In this document: piece by piece, positions 20,322 through 33,420 of the stretch
Position numbering within the stretch: the first letter of the stretch is position 1
Layout: each line of letters begins with the position of its first letter
From: Salisapilia sapeloensis CBS 127946
Lineage: Eukaryota > Protista > Oomycota
DNA: 64,000 bases
Direction: 5' to 3'
Assembly: GCA_023334545.1 (NCBI GenBank)
Contig: JAADVB010000001.1
Coordinates: 139,194-203,193 of the forward strand
Made by a program: the position numbers and the translations under genes
Notes under the pieces: generated by a model
Databases searched by the model: none
What the model was told of the DNA's origin: nothing
The model's input: only the letters and a program-made list of their open reading frames with translations

Positions 20322-22529
20322 CTACTCGACACTGCTAAACTCGGTTGCCTTTGTGCTTGGTCGATAGAGGACAAAGGAAAAATCGACGTGGAATGACCCT
20401 GGATGGAAAACTGCTACATCAGAATATCCGAGCTGAAACTGATCCGTCGAGTCTCCAAGAATGAGCTTTATCAACGATAAAAAACAGTCAGTGCTCGATA
20501 CTAGAAGCATAATATTAAGCGAAGACATACCACATCTGGCAGTGGAAACAATCGCATGAAGGAATCGTAATCCCAGTCAATTGGACATGCTGACAATGGC
20601 AGTGGACAGAGATGTCCTTGATCAACCACTGTCTTCACAACCTAAGCATTTAATCTGCATGTCAATACATGCCTTTCGCATCCAAAGATACTATTTTAGA
20701 CGTACATGCTTGGAAATATCAACCGGAGGTCGTGCAGTCGACTCTCCATCCACTTCCATCTCCGTCTCCTCGTCCGGCAGAACTGGAACGACCGTATGCC
20801 GCTCCATACGCTGCTGCAGGTTATCTCGGAAGATCAAGATATCTTGCGTATAATAACGAATCCTATCGTCATCATCACATACTAAGCTCCCATCCTCTTT
20901 ATCACTATTAATGCATCTACCTGCATGGATTCGTGGTACATGTGATTGTCGGAACTTTTCCTGTCAAGCCTCGAGTACAAACCGTTGGTAGCTAGTATGC
21001 AAGATAAGTTTATACTCTTATCAAGAAAAGAAAGTCAAGAGTGCAGACAGGATGACGAGGGAACGCAGCCGTGGAGCCTGGATCGTTTGGACCAGGAACA
21101 AGGACGAATTGAGACGATTGCGCTAGCTTTGGGTACTTTTGGATGATACTACCGAGCTCATCCAATCCGTCCGTCAGGTCTTGCAACGAGTTCGAATCTG
21201 CTCCAGTACCGATGGGAGCAGAGAGGAAGTCACCCATGAGCACGAATAAAGCTGGCTGAAGTCCTTCCAGGCCTTGGAAGAGCTTATCTAGATGAGATAG
21301 AACTCTCGGATCGTCCAGATGGACATCGGAGAGAACGATAAATGTTGCATGATGATCGTTCACTTCTAGCTTTGCGATCTGAGCTTTCTGCTGCGTCGAG
21401 ACTTCGACACCGAGTGGGTCTAATCCACTCATGACGTCTACCGTCAGTGCCTTAGTTTCAGGAGGTGGAAAGCCCATCGTCTACATAGTGGAGCCGTAAG
21501 TTTGTGATTAGAAGTAGGGGATTATGATGCGAGGAGCATACTTGAACGTGAAGAATGTCGTCGACCACTTCTCCTTCAACGAGGACAACGCAGTTGATCG
21601 TGAAGAGCCCGTTCGTATAGGACTATATAAGCATTTCAACGTAATAAATATGAAAGTGTAGACTGTCAGTAGTTCGAGTGCATCATACCGCATTGGAGAG
21701 ATCGATGTAGACTCGGGACGATAGGTCTTCAATGTACAATCGCTTCCGTTCGTCTTGGCCGAGCATCCCTACAACTCGCTTTACGCCTGTGACGCCAAGA
21801 AGCGATTCGATACGAGAGAGCTATACATGCACGCCATTAACTACATATGAACACCACCTCGGTATGCTGCTATTGTATCGAGTACCTCAATGTAGTCTGC
21901 GTTGCTGGAAGTAGCAATTGCAGGTGGAGCAAAGAGCTTATTCCTTCGAACTCTTCGTTCCACGATCTCAAATCTATAGAGGTAATAGCTGATGAAATGC
22001 ATGTGGGCACTGTAGATAGCAACAGAATTTACCGGTCACGTAAAAGCTGGACTCGAGCTTTCGCATCGGCATGTAACTTCCTGTCTGTATCCGATCGAAG
22101 CTCGTAGGCATTCGTATGGGCGTTGTAGTGCACTCTGGGAGTGGTGAAAGCATCAAAGATTTGGATTCGCTCGAACTCGTTCTCTTCCGACACTGCCAAT
22201 AGTGTGTCAAGAGCACTTTGAAGAGCTTCGAGCGATACCACAGACGTTGCGACTGTAATGCATTGGCAATGAAATGGATGTATAGTAGGATAGTGCATCA
22301 ACTACTTACGTTTAGTGCGATCAATGCTGTTCTTGAGTGCATAGATTACATCGTCTAGCTCCAATGAAGGCTCACTATCCACAGTAGACTTCCGTCACTT
22401 GCTGTACTAGACAAAAATACACAAACGATGTGCTTACTTTTCCAACTCGTTAGTTAGATGCTGCAGTGCGTCTGCACGTAGTGATAGTCCCTGCAATTTA
22501 CATGCACGGAATACACGCTTGGATGCCAT
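20322..22529 (-). CDS. POLE2: DNA polymerase epsilon subunit B (multi-exon)
   Basis: MASKRVFRACKLQGLSLRADA, IFDAFTTPRVHYN, LRDRY, FIVLSDVHLDDP..LFVLMGDF, FVLVPGPNDPG..FPRHP, TNPCRIRYYTQDILIFRD, DQGHLCPLPL..DWDYDSFMRLFPLPD, FHPGSF..FSFVLYRPST; ends ...EFSSVE* at 20322. Confidence 0.93.
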
Positions 22530-23477
22530 ACTTTGGCGAAAATAGTGTCTGCGAGTATTGACTTGATTAATGTATACGCACGTTTTGAATCGCCACTTGA
22601 TTAAAGTAAGCTCCATATTCGGCTTTAAATATCCCCAGGGGCTCTCGTGAGTATATTTCCGGGGAATTTGTTGATCTATATGCGCATTTATTCTGCTTTC
22701 GTACCTTCATGAACGGAGTGGATCGCTTACGAGCTCTCCTTCCTCCGTTTTATCGCTTTTGAAGTTTATTTTCTTATCTGACTTTATAACGCCACTAAGT
22801 GTACTTTTCGTTTTCTAATTGCCAATAATGGATGACAAAATAATGTATTTTCAGTGTTTGGTAACTTTAATAGTTGTTTTATATAACATATTGTCAAAAA
22901 AGTATCCTGTAGCATATTAATGCCTAAACTTACACCAAGTTGCCATGTTCCCGTCTTCTTCTGTGACCGCTTTCTTTCAGCGCACAATTCTACACACTCT
23001 CTTGCTAGCTTGACCGATGCATCTATATGTACAAAAGACTTTTATTTAGTAAATGCATTCCATCTCTGTAGTAGATATGACACACAAAGCTAAGCTACGT
23101 AAGACTTGATCACGGTTGCATTCATGTGGATTTTATGCAACTCTGCGTGATTAAAGGATAAAATCGACTTATCAATTTCATCCCACCACTTTCGATACAC
23201 TCACGGATACTGTATCATCTACATTGAAGCTAAGTCCACTAAATAGTGCATCATGTTAGAACTTGTAGCATGGATCAAATAGTAACTGCATGAATCACAT
23301 TTCCAATAGCACATCGAAATTGTTTCTCTGTTGATACAGCTTACCATACATACAACATCGTGTGAACTGATGGTAGGCGATCGAAATTACCAGTTCCTGA
23401 CCTTTTATGACTCGAGACTTAAGAAAAGGCATTCAAGCAAAATTTAGAAACATCACAAGCACCTCGACAAGGAAAGC

Positions 23478-24029
23478 ATGTCCGATAGTCCTTTTGAGCC
23501 CACAAGCATTTGCATTCATACCAAGGACCAGGTTCAGATGAGCATATCGGTTGCTGCCAGTGCAATGAGCGAAGTCATCCAAGAGCAACTCCAAGGTATG
23601 CAATCCACATTTAAAAGTGCATAACCAAAAGAGAATGAGACTTAGCCCACGTGCCTATAGCTCATAAGGATCGCACTAAACCTCTTCATATCTACTTACA
23701 AGACGTAAATGGTGAAACCTTGTCTAAAGTTCTTCAGTTTTGCGAATATCACAAGTTCAGACCGTATCATGAGACCGAAGAGGTACATCTATGTATCAGA
23801 AAGACTATGATGCACAATGACCGTACTAGAGTAGCTTTCATCGAAGCCAACTACACTTGACTCGATCGATAAATGGGATAGCGAGTTCATCGCATCAAGT
23901 GACCTCTTCGACTTGATTGTCGCTGCCACGGAGCTTCGAATCAAGACGCTTCTGGATCTTGCCTATGCCAAACTAGCCTTTGTCATCGAATACACTCCAT
24001 CCGAAGAGCTGGACTGTAAGGAAATTTAA
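23478..24029 (+). CDS. Divergent, C-terminally shortened SKP1-like protein (3 exons, 144 aa)
   Basis: Exons 23478-23595, 23661-23782 and 23835-24029 splice in frame: ...LQDVNGETLSKVLQFCEYH...IDKWDSEF..SDLFDLIVAATELRIKTLLDLAYAKLAFVIE; matches the SKP1 pattern (V.G..L.KV..YC..H; W D.EF; LF.LI.AA.YL.I..LLDL). Confidence 0.8.
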
Positions 24030-24103
24030 CCGAATCTCGCAAATCGTAACGTGCCCGCCTTTATGGTTCGAAAACTGTTTTCCTCTTCTATTCTTGTCCT
24101 ACT

Positions 24104-26228
24104 TTATCGAGCATTCTTGCCACCTTGGCCCAATCCAAGCACATAGCTCATACCTTGAGCATCACGAAGTCCGGAATCGTCTCCAAGCGACTCGAATACA
24201 CGAGAGTACGTCTGCCAGGTCTGTGCGCTCTGTGACTTTTCACTCAATCTACTCGAGTTTGTTAGCGCAGGAAGCTACGGGTATCCTCATAGCACGCACC
24301 TTTCGTTCAGTAGAGCCTTCGCCAGCGATAGATCCTGCAAACGGCTCGCACTAGTAATTCAAAGCATATCAGATCATACATCCAATGTGTATGCCTAAGT
24401 CAGGTACCTATCGATCAGAAGTAGTGTGATGATCTCATGGTCCACTGGAGTCTCTCCAAGAAGCTGTAGAGAGCCTTGGATCGGCAAAAGCAACCTTGTT
24501 GCTTCTTCATATCGTCCTTCCACATACGCAGAGAAAGCCCCGCAAGCAGCGTCATACGTATTCGCAAAGGAAGCTGTCTGAAACGTTAGAGAAGGCTACA
24601 GACATAATACACACTGCATGTACCGGGCGGAGGAGCGTAGCTAAACTGCACCGAGCTAATGTTCATACCCGACACAATGGATTTTAAATCCACTTCATCA
24701 CTTCCATCCACCTCTTCCACCGTCTTCTTCTCTCCAGATGTCTTCTCCGCCACAGCGTACACACTCTACTAGCACGATCACTATCTACATCACTCTGATA
24801 GAACACATTCGGTCGTACATTACGCAAAACTCGTGCGAATGGTGGGAGCACAACTGGGTCACTCGAAGGTGTCGTAGACACTGCTTCCCACGCCTGATAC
24901 AGTTTCTGGAACAAATCGACAGTCGGTTGTTCCGCAAAGTGCAGTCGCCACGCGATCTGCGTCGCGTCTGCTAGACCGCGATACGACGGCTGACCTTCAG
25001 ACGGACAGAAGATGTGCTGGTGCAAGAATTGCTGGATACGGTCGTATCGTCCCAACTCGAGCAGGTAGAGTACCCAGTGGAAGTACATTCGACGTTCCAA
25101 CGGACCTCCATTCTCTAGTACATCCTACAAAGCTGTTACATTCCGTTCTCTTTATCATATCGGAAGAGTACGTGCCTTGTACTGGTTAGCGTAACTAGCT
25201 CCATGATTCGGATTTCCTTTCACCTCTAGAACGTTAAGGATCGTATGGACTAGCATCAAGGCATCAGTACAGGATGCATACGTATGGAAACAGATCATAT
25301 ACAAGCCCATTTGTCTTGACTATTCATCGACAGAGCTTGTTCTGCTAAAGACTCTGCTGCATCGACTTTGCCTTGGAGCTGAAGACCAAATGCTTGCATC
25401 GACAGCACATGACTAAACCCGGTGTCCGTTGGAGACCACATCGGTAGTCGACGCGTAACAGTACCCAAAGCGTTTTTGTAGTCTCTGCTCTCACATTTAG
25501 CTTGGAGAAGATAAAAAGACTACAATGTAAGAGAGACTGACCCTAGCATGAGGTAGATGTCATAGCTGCATCGAAGAGCTAGCAGGTCCGAGTGGTCTCG
25601 AAGCAGAATGGTCTCGTAGATGGCAGCTGCTTCCCGATATCGACCATGCACCATCGAGTCTAGTGCAGATAGGTGCAATTGCTCGATGGCTGTCAAGATT
25701 TCTAACATCCAAATGCATTAGAGACTTTATCCTGTATGCAGATACATGGAGGAGATACCGCTCTTGGAAAGCTTCAGAGCTCTACGCCATGAAGAAAATG
25801 CATTGATCGAATCACGGTGATCAAGAGGCAGGAGACACTGGCTTGTACCGACGAGGACATGGCCCATGAAAAAGTCAGGCTCGTTTTCCATGACCTAGGC
25901 TATCATCAGCATCTACATACCCACCAAGCAAAGACAGTATAACGTACCTCATCCAGCATAAATTTAGGGTGTGAATTCAATGACACGTACTATTGCAATG
26001 TAAGGGATAAGTTCATTTTCCTCTATAACGTTCATATCCAGAATGCAATTGGCATACTTCGAGCAGTGCCAAGTCATACGCCTTCTCCTTCTCAATTGAT
26101 CGACTGAGCTTATTATGCTTGGGTGCTTCAAACTCACCGATCCCAAAGATCTTGCCTAAGAAGGAAGCAGACCTCGTAGCAGTCTGTATGGCAGCAATAC
26201 GCCGCACTGGTCGGAGCGCTGACAACAT
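24104..26228 (-). CDS. TTC38-like TPR protein with probable mitochondrial presequence (multi-exon)
   Basis: N-terminus MLSALRPVRRIAAIQTATRSASF; EPDFFMGH; GRYREAAAIYETILLRDHSDLLALR; MQAFGL..AESLAEQALSMN..DKWA.HTILNV; MYFHWVLYLLELGRYD; spliced end ...GQGGKNAR* at 24104. Confidence 0.75.
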
Positions 26229-26373
26229 GATACTGACACTCGGTTTTGTGGTTCATTTGACTATGCTTCAAGAAACCTTCGTACGACCTCACAACTTATT
26301 TTCATCTCGAAACGCTTCATACTCGATTTTAAATTGAAAAAAGATTATACTTCTTATCCCTCCGTCCGTCTTT

Positions 26374-27870
26374 TTACATGGACTGGGAAGCATATATCGT
26401 CCCATTCGAATCGGATCCGATACCTGTCTGGACTGGAAAACTCCCGATCAGCTCTTCCCAACCAGACGCTTGTGGCACTGGAGCTGACTGCATCATATGC
26501 AATTGCAAGATACCAGACATGGCTAATGGGTCTGGGATGGGTAAGTGAGAGAACCGGGAAGATATCCCGTTGCTGGAAGACATAGGGTATGCGGAGCTTT
26601 GGGGAGAGTCGTACGACTCTGTCTGCATCGATAGAAGCGCTTCAGACTTGACTCGATCCTTTGGTCTCATGTCGTTGTACGAGTCGAAGCCAGAAACGTA
26701 GGTCGAATGCATATAGACTGGCTCTTGGGTGGCTAAATACGAATGTGCAGTCATGTGCCTATGATACGGAAATGGCTCTGGTGTGTCATGAACGAGTTGA
26801 AAACTCTCCTCGGCCCCAGGTATATGTCCATCAGAAGACGAACATACCGTCACCTCATTACTCGATCGATCAAACTTCGTCCGCTTACTTGTTCGTTCCA
26901 TTTCGATCGGATCTGGTTCCCGTCGCCGATTCACTTTAATCAATTCTGCTCCTCTCTCTTCAAAATCACCAGATAAGAGTACCGTTAACTCGCCTTTACG
27001 CAAGAGCTGCATCGCCATCTTCCTCTTCCTACTACTCGAAACGTCCAAACCGTCCACTGGTTGCTCCACCGTCATCGCGAGGCTCAAGAAGTTGGTTATC
27101 CAAAACTGTTTGACGGCAGAACGAAGGTGATTCGTGTCGACACGAGCGCCTTCATGGGTATTATTATCCCGAATGTATTGTTGCACGAGCTCGTGATGAA
27201 AGACAGCTTCCGCTCGTGAGAAGTGTATTTGTCGTTCTACATGATCCTGTCGTTCGAAAGAGATTGCAGGAAGCCCGTCGGTGGGTCGACCGACGCGAAA
27301 GGTACGCTTCCCAAGCGCATTCTTCTGGAACTTCTTGGATAAACGCATCGTGGAGCAGTTGAGTAATCTGGATACGGCTAAGCGAACTGGTGTGCCATTT
27401 GCTAATGGGAGTGCATTCCGATCAAATTCTTTTAAAATGACCTTGATAAAGTGTTCTTCCGCTGAGCTCCATTTGCCTCCACGCGTTGGAATGGAAGTGG
27501 ACGTGTCTAGAGGTAAGACACGGATCATTGGCGACTCTTCTCCACAACAAACACAATGGGTCATTGGCCATATATGCACGCAACGGGAGTGGAAGAGATG
27601 TCCACACGAGGTCGTGGTAAGGATGGGATCTGGGTGGAAACAAACGTCGCATACGGCTTCATGCGTTTGCTGAGATGGCGTCAGCGGCGTGTCAAGATCC
27701 TTCGACAATGTCGGTGAGTAGGCCGGTATGTGTTTGTGTGCTACGCCAGTTGCTGATGGCGGTAGTGGCCAACTCGTAGTGCGGGACTCCTGTTCATGGC
27801 TCCATCGTGGTCGTACATCCGATCGATGGATATCGCTTGCAGCCGACAGCGTCGGTGCCGTGGGTTGCAT
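26374..27870 (-). CDS. RING-H2-like zinc finger plus oomycete-type Myb-like/helical domain protein, intronless
   Basis: CDVC..SCGHLFHSRC..HCVCC zinc finger followed by GGKWSSAEEHFIKVILKEF..LPLANGTPVRLAVSRLLNCSTMRLSKKF, a motif I recognise from uncharacterised stramenopile putative transcription factors. Confidence 0.75.
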   Translation of the reverse strand: MQPTAPTLSAASDIHRSDVRPRWSHEQESRTTSWPLPPSATGVAHKHIPAYSPTLSKDLDTPLTPSQQTHEAVCDVCFHPDPILTTTSCGHLFHSRCVHIWPMTHCVCCGEESPMIRVLPLDTSTSIPTRGGKWSSAEEHFIKVILKEFDRNALPLANGTPVRLAVSRLLNCSTMRLSKKFQKNALGKRTFRVGRPTDGLPAISFERQDHVERQIHFSRAEAVFHHELVQQYIRDNNTHEGARVDTNHLRSAVKQFWITNFLSLAMTVEQPVDGLDVSSSRKRKMAMQLLRKGELTVLLSGDFEERGAELIKVNRRREPDPIEMERTSKRTKFDRSSNEVTVCSSSDGHIPGAEESFQLVHDTPEPFPYHRHMTAHSYLATQEPVYMHSTYVSGFDSYNDMRPKDRVKSEALLSMQTESYDSPQSSAYPMSSSNGISSRFSHLPIPDPLAMSGILQLHMMQSAPVPQASGWEELIGSFPVQTGIGSDSNGTIYASQSM

Positions 27871-29983
27871 GTCAACTCGTTATCCCACTTCGTGGAAGTG
27901 TTGGCGTCTGTGCAGATGCGAAAATGCTGCGGGAATCAACGCTTTCAACTGAAAGTTTCGTCGAGCTTTTCCTGTTGCCGATTGTGGTGCTTCAGTCAGA
28001 CGGATCAGTCATAACGCTTCAACTGGGGATGGAATTAGATGGTCGCTTAAATCGCATTTACAAAAAGAAGTATAAGGAATGTACTGTGGAAACTTGGGAC
28101 ATGGAGATAGCGAATGAATGGACAAGTAGAGATCGAATAGCTCGTTGCCATTCCCATCGGAAACTCCACGGGAAGACATGCCTGGGGCATATTATCAGGC
28201 GGAAGACACTAATCACCCGACACCTGACATCGGAAGCAGCTGATCGATAACCCGTTTGTCGTATCCTGAGACGATGCTGGATCGATAATGAAGTAAAGTG
28301 AACCTACACAAATTCTTTTCTTCCTACTAGTGTCTGGCATCGACCTCGTTCGCGTGCGAAGGCTGCTGATGTGTCATAGTATCCATTAGTTTTTTTAGCG
28401 CCGTTGTGCATGGTGAAATCGATCGAGATAGTTAATCTACTATGAGAAACAGCAGTCGGACACTTGAGTTCGTGTACAAGTGTCCATCATGCGAAATCTT
28501 GAAGCGCGATCAATTAAAGCGCAGTATGACATTAGCTTGTTCGCATTCAAAGAAGTATAAAACGCATGGACTTCTTCTTGCCTATCTTCTAGATTTTTAA
28601 ATTCGAGGCTCTTTTTCAAAAATTTCGCCCAGGTAAGCATCTACAAACGCCATCATTGATGATCTTCTAGTATGGCGTGCAGTCGAAGGTTAGACAAGGA
28701 ACAAAAGTCGAGTGCCTCATCTGCGCGCTCAGATAAGCCGATAGGATCGGGATTGATAGTAGAAGCCGTTACTGTCGTCGCGGCGTATACAGCAATACAC
28801 GTCGAATCAGCTTCCGTGCAACAGATGTACTCCGCATATCCATAACTACTTTTACCCTCGGCATTGCGTTTTGTACCCAGCGCACGGCATGGTAAAAACG
28901 GATCTATTCATCAAATGGGTTGGTTCGTGTCACCAACTATCCATATTAGCGTAAAAGTTGGTCAAAGTAGTCGAAACCAAGGTAATTTAAACACAAAGGA
29001 GCGTACCGTGCTGTGTTATGCTCCTGCAAATCTTTTTCTTTATTTCCGCACATGGTATCGAAGACGTTAAACGCGTGACTTGAGCGTTATCAGGTATTAA
29101 AAGGTAGGTTTCCGTTGCAAAGCAGCGGAGCATTTCGCTAGTTTGACACTGACGACAGCAGCGAGTAGATCTGCATCCTTTCGCGAGTGACTTTCAAAGG
29201 CTGCCACATAAAGTTGATGCGTACTGAAAACACAAGAACTGGCATGCGCAGTAACGAAGACCAGATCGATCTAAAGCAAAGGAACGATATGTAGGAAGCG
29301 TGAACAGTATCCGAGTTTCACACGAGTGAGAATAATCAGACACATATCATGAATCAGGGATCAGCAATCGAGCACCACATTCAAGAACGAAACGCCTGTG
29401 CGATGCTCTGCCAAACTTCCGATCTGGTGTGCGTGCGTCAAATTGTTTTCATCCTAAGCGAGTGCGTCTGAATACAGTATAGAGCAGCTGATGGGAAACA
29501 AGACACTGTACTGCACAGGCATAGTCCGGACGCCGCTTGACAGAAAGAATGATTTGATGTCACGCATCATCAGCAACGACCAGCTTGGTAATGTTGCCGA
29601 AAGATCACGCCGAATACGCTTGTCTGATGACTACAGTAGTCCTCCACTTGCCCAAGTTCATCGCACACACTTGGAATAACTTGAGAACAAAGATAGTTTA
29701 GCACACGTTCAGTCAAGGCTTCAGCGAAATGGATAAAGGTATCCAGCAAAAGTATCTACATCGTCTACATATACCAGCTGCACCACTCTATATCTCCAGC
29801 ATATCGCTATGTCTCCAGTACTACCAACATTCCGACTTGACAACCTACACTTGTATCATCTAAAGCTACCCCCATATCCTTCACTCACCAATTTTTTCGA
29901 CATACAATGATGATGTAATCCACGCACGCAACGTCATAGATCGATATTTCTACTCCCTGTGCCATCATCTAGATTCACCATAA

Positions 29984-31174
<1,191 letters not shown>

Positions 31175-31853
31175 GACACGACGATGGAAGTAGAGCGAAA
31201 GGAAGATAGTGTTTGCTGAACCTCGTATTAAAAATGAAAGAGCGTTCGTGCGATATGAAAAAGAGGGAGTTGATTGCAAGCAATTATATAGACGAAAGAA
31301 CGGCACTTGCGGATGTAGTGCAGTATTAAAGCTCTCGTCGGCCAGTGTCGTTAATTTCAAAATAGCTGTCATTGCGATAGATCCGTTGCTCTTAAATTGA
31401 CCTACTGCTTCCCCTTATAAAGTCTGGCTATGCATATTTGTTTATCCGGTCGATAATTTGAATCGCACCGAGTGTCCATGCCAGGTTACCACTGTCTGCA
31501 TTTACATACGTTCCGTTGCACTTCAATCGTTTTCACAAGTCCTCCAAATACGACTACAACTACATGCATCAGCCAGCGCCAACATATCCATTCTCTCTTA
31601 CGCATTCCAATTCGTCATGCACTTGTATCCACCAGTTCTGTGGTAGAAATCAGTCTGAGCATTTCCACCAGCATTTTCCTATTGTTTCGCCAGATGTTGC
31701 CATCCCGCATCCACGAGATTTTACAGAAAGTTTGAATGGCGTCTTTAAATAGTTGAACATTTCTTACAAACACACTTCCAATTGCTTATTTTCTGGAACG
31801 ATATCCTTAGCTGCCACTCAGCTAATGTCGCAAACACCTTGGATCCAACTTGA

Positions 31854-31870
31854 GCTCATTCTGCAATTTG
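31854..31870 (+). promoter_or_regulatory. Oomycete Inr + FPR core promoter element
   Basis: GCTCATTCTGCAATTTG closely matches the published oomycete consensus GCTCATTYYNCAWTTT, about 30 nt upstream of the ASS1 ATG. Confidence 0.75.
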
Positions 31871-31901
31871 CTCGGAAAGGAAACAAACAAGAAGATTGAA
31901 A

Positions 31902-33146
31902 ATGGGAGAAGTCGTAGTACTCGCATACTCTGGCGGATTGGACACGTCCGTCATTTTGAAGTGGCTCGTCAACCAAGGATACGAAGTCGTATGCTATTGC
32001 GCCAACGTCGGACAGCAAGGTGAAGACTACACGGAAGTGCGCGCCAAGGCTGAGAAGCTTGGCGCCAAGAAGGTCTACATTGAAGACCTGCGCGCTGAGT
32101 TCGTTACGGACTATGTCTTCGAAGCTGTCAAGGCGAACGCTATCTACGAGTCGCGATACTTGCTCGGTACGTCGCTCGCTCGACCGGTCATTGCCAAGAA
32201 GCAGGTGGAGATTGCTCACAAGGAAGGCGCCAAGTATCTTGCCCACGGCGCCACTGGCAAGGGTAACGACCAAGTGCGATTTGAGTTGTGTGCGCAGGCA
32301 TTGGACCCGCACCTCAAGATGATTGCGCCGTGGCGAGACCCGGAGTTCATTGAGAAGTTCAAGGGACGTGCTGACTTGCTCAAGTACGCTGCGGAACAGG
32401 GTATCCCTGTTGACGCCACGCCCAAGGCCCCGTACAGTGTCGACGAGAACTTGTACCACACGAGTTTCGAAGCTGGTATGCTCGAAGATACCATGACTTC
32501 GCCTACGCCCGACATGTTCAAGATGACGACGGACCCGAAGGAAGCTCCGGACCAGGCCGAGCAGATCCAGATCCGATTCGAGAAGGGTGTTCCTGTCGGC
32601 GTCAGCAACCTCACGACGCCGGACAAGGAGCTCACGGACCCTCTTGAGCTCTTCTTGAAGCTGAACGAGTACGCCGGTAAGCACGGCATCGGCCGTATCG
32701 ACATTGTCGAAAACCGCTTTGTCGGTATCAAGTCTCGTGGTGTGTACGAGACGCCTGGTGGAACTATCCTCCGCGAAGCCCACCTTGACCTCGAAGGTCT
32801 CTGCCTTGACCGTGAAGTCATGCATGTGCGTGACATGCTGTCGGCCAAGTTCGCCGAGTTCTGCTACAACGGTTTCTGGTTTGCACCGGAAATGGACTTT
32901 GTCCGCAACTCGATCAACTACTCTCAACAGAACGTGACGGGATACGTCAACTTGGAGCTTTACAAGGGCAACGTCACCGTCATGGGCCGTCACTCGGAGT
33001 ACTCGCTCTACAGTGCGGACCTTGCCAGCATGGACCAGGAAGGCGGCGGAGCCGACTTTGACTACAACCCTGGTGACGCCCAAGGCTTCATCCGTATTAA
33101 CGCAACTCGATTGAAGGCCTGGAAGGGACGTAATGTGCCCAAGTAA
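31902..33146 (+). CDS. ASS1: Argininosuccinate synthase, intronless
   Basis: [91 protein letters not shown] at 31902 (the ORF track starts at an upstream TTG). Confidence 0.97.
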   Translation: MGEVVVLAYSGGLDTSVILKWLVNQGYEVVCYCANVGQQGEDYTEVRAKAEKLGAKKVYIEDLRAEFVTDYVFEAVKANAIYESRYLLGTSLARPVIAKKQVEIAHKEGAKYLAHGATGKGNDQVRFELCAQALDPHLKMIAPWRDPEFIEKFKGRADLLKYAAEQGIPVDATPKAPYSVDENLYHTSFEAGMLEDTMTSPTPDMFKMTTDPKEAPDQAEQIQIRFEKGVPVGVSNLTTPDKELTDPLELFLKLNEYAGKHGIGRIDIVENRFVGIKSRGVYETPGGTILREAHLDLEGLCLDREVMHVRDMLSAKFAEFCYNGFWFAPEMDFVRNSINYSQQNVTGYVNLELYKGNVTVMGRHSEYSLYSADLASMDQEGGGADFDYNPGDAQGFIRINATRLKAWKGRNVPK

Positions 33147-33420
33147 GCGCTACTGGTGGCCTTCCAGTCGACTTGATCACAGTTGCTCCAGTTTATATCA
33201 GTACCTCTTAGTGTTGGCGGACTTTCGATCGGATACACGTCGACCTCATAAACAGACAAAACATGAAGTTTTCGTTAGAATATACATAAAGTCTTCATCC
33301 GACAATCATCTAACGCAAATTTATCGACAGACTAGCTACCATGAAGACAAGACAGGGCAAGAGAGTACATTCACGCTCAGCAAAAACGTTTCATTATACA
33401 TACAAATCCTTACGTGCGCA

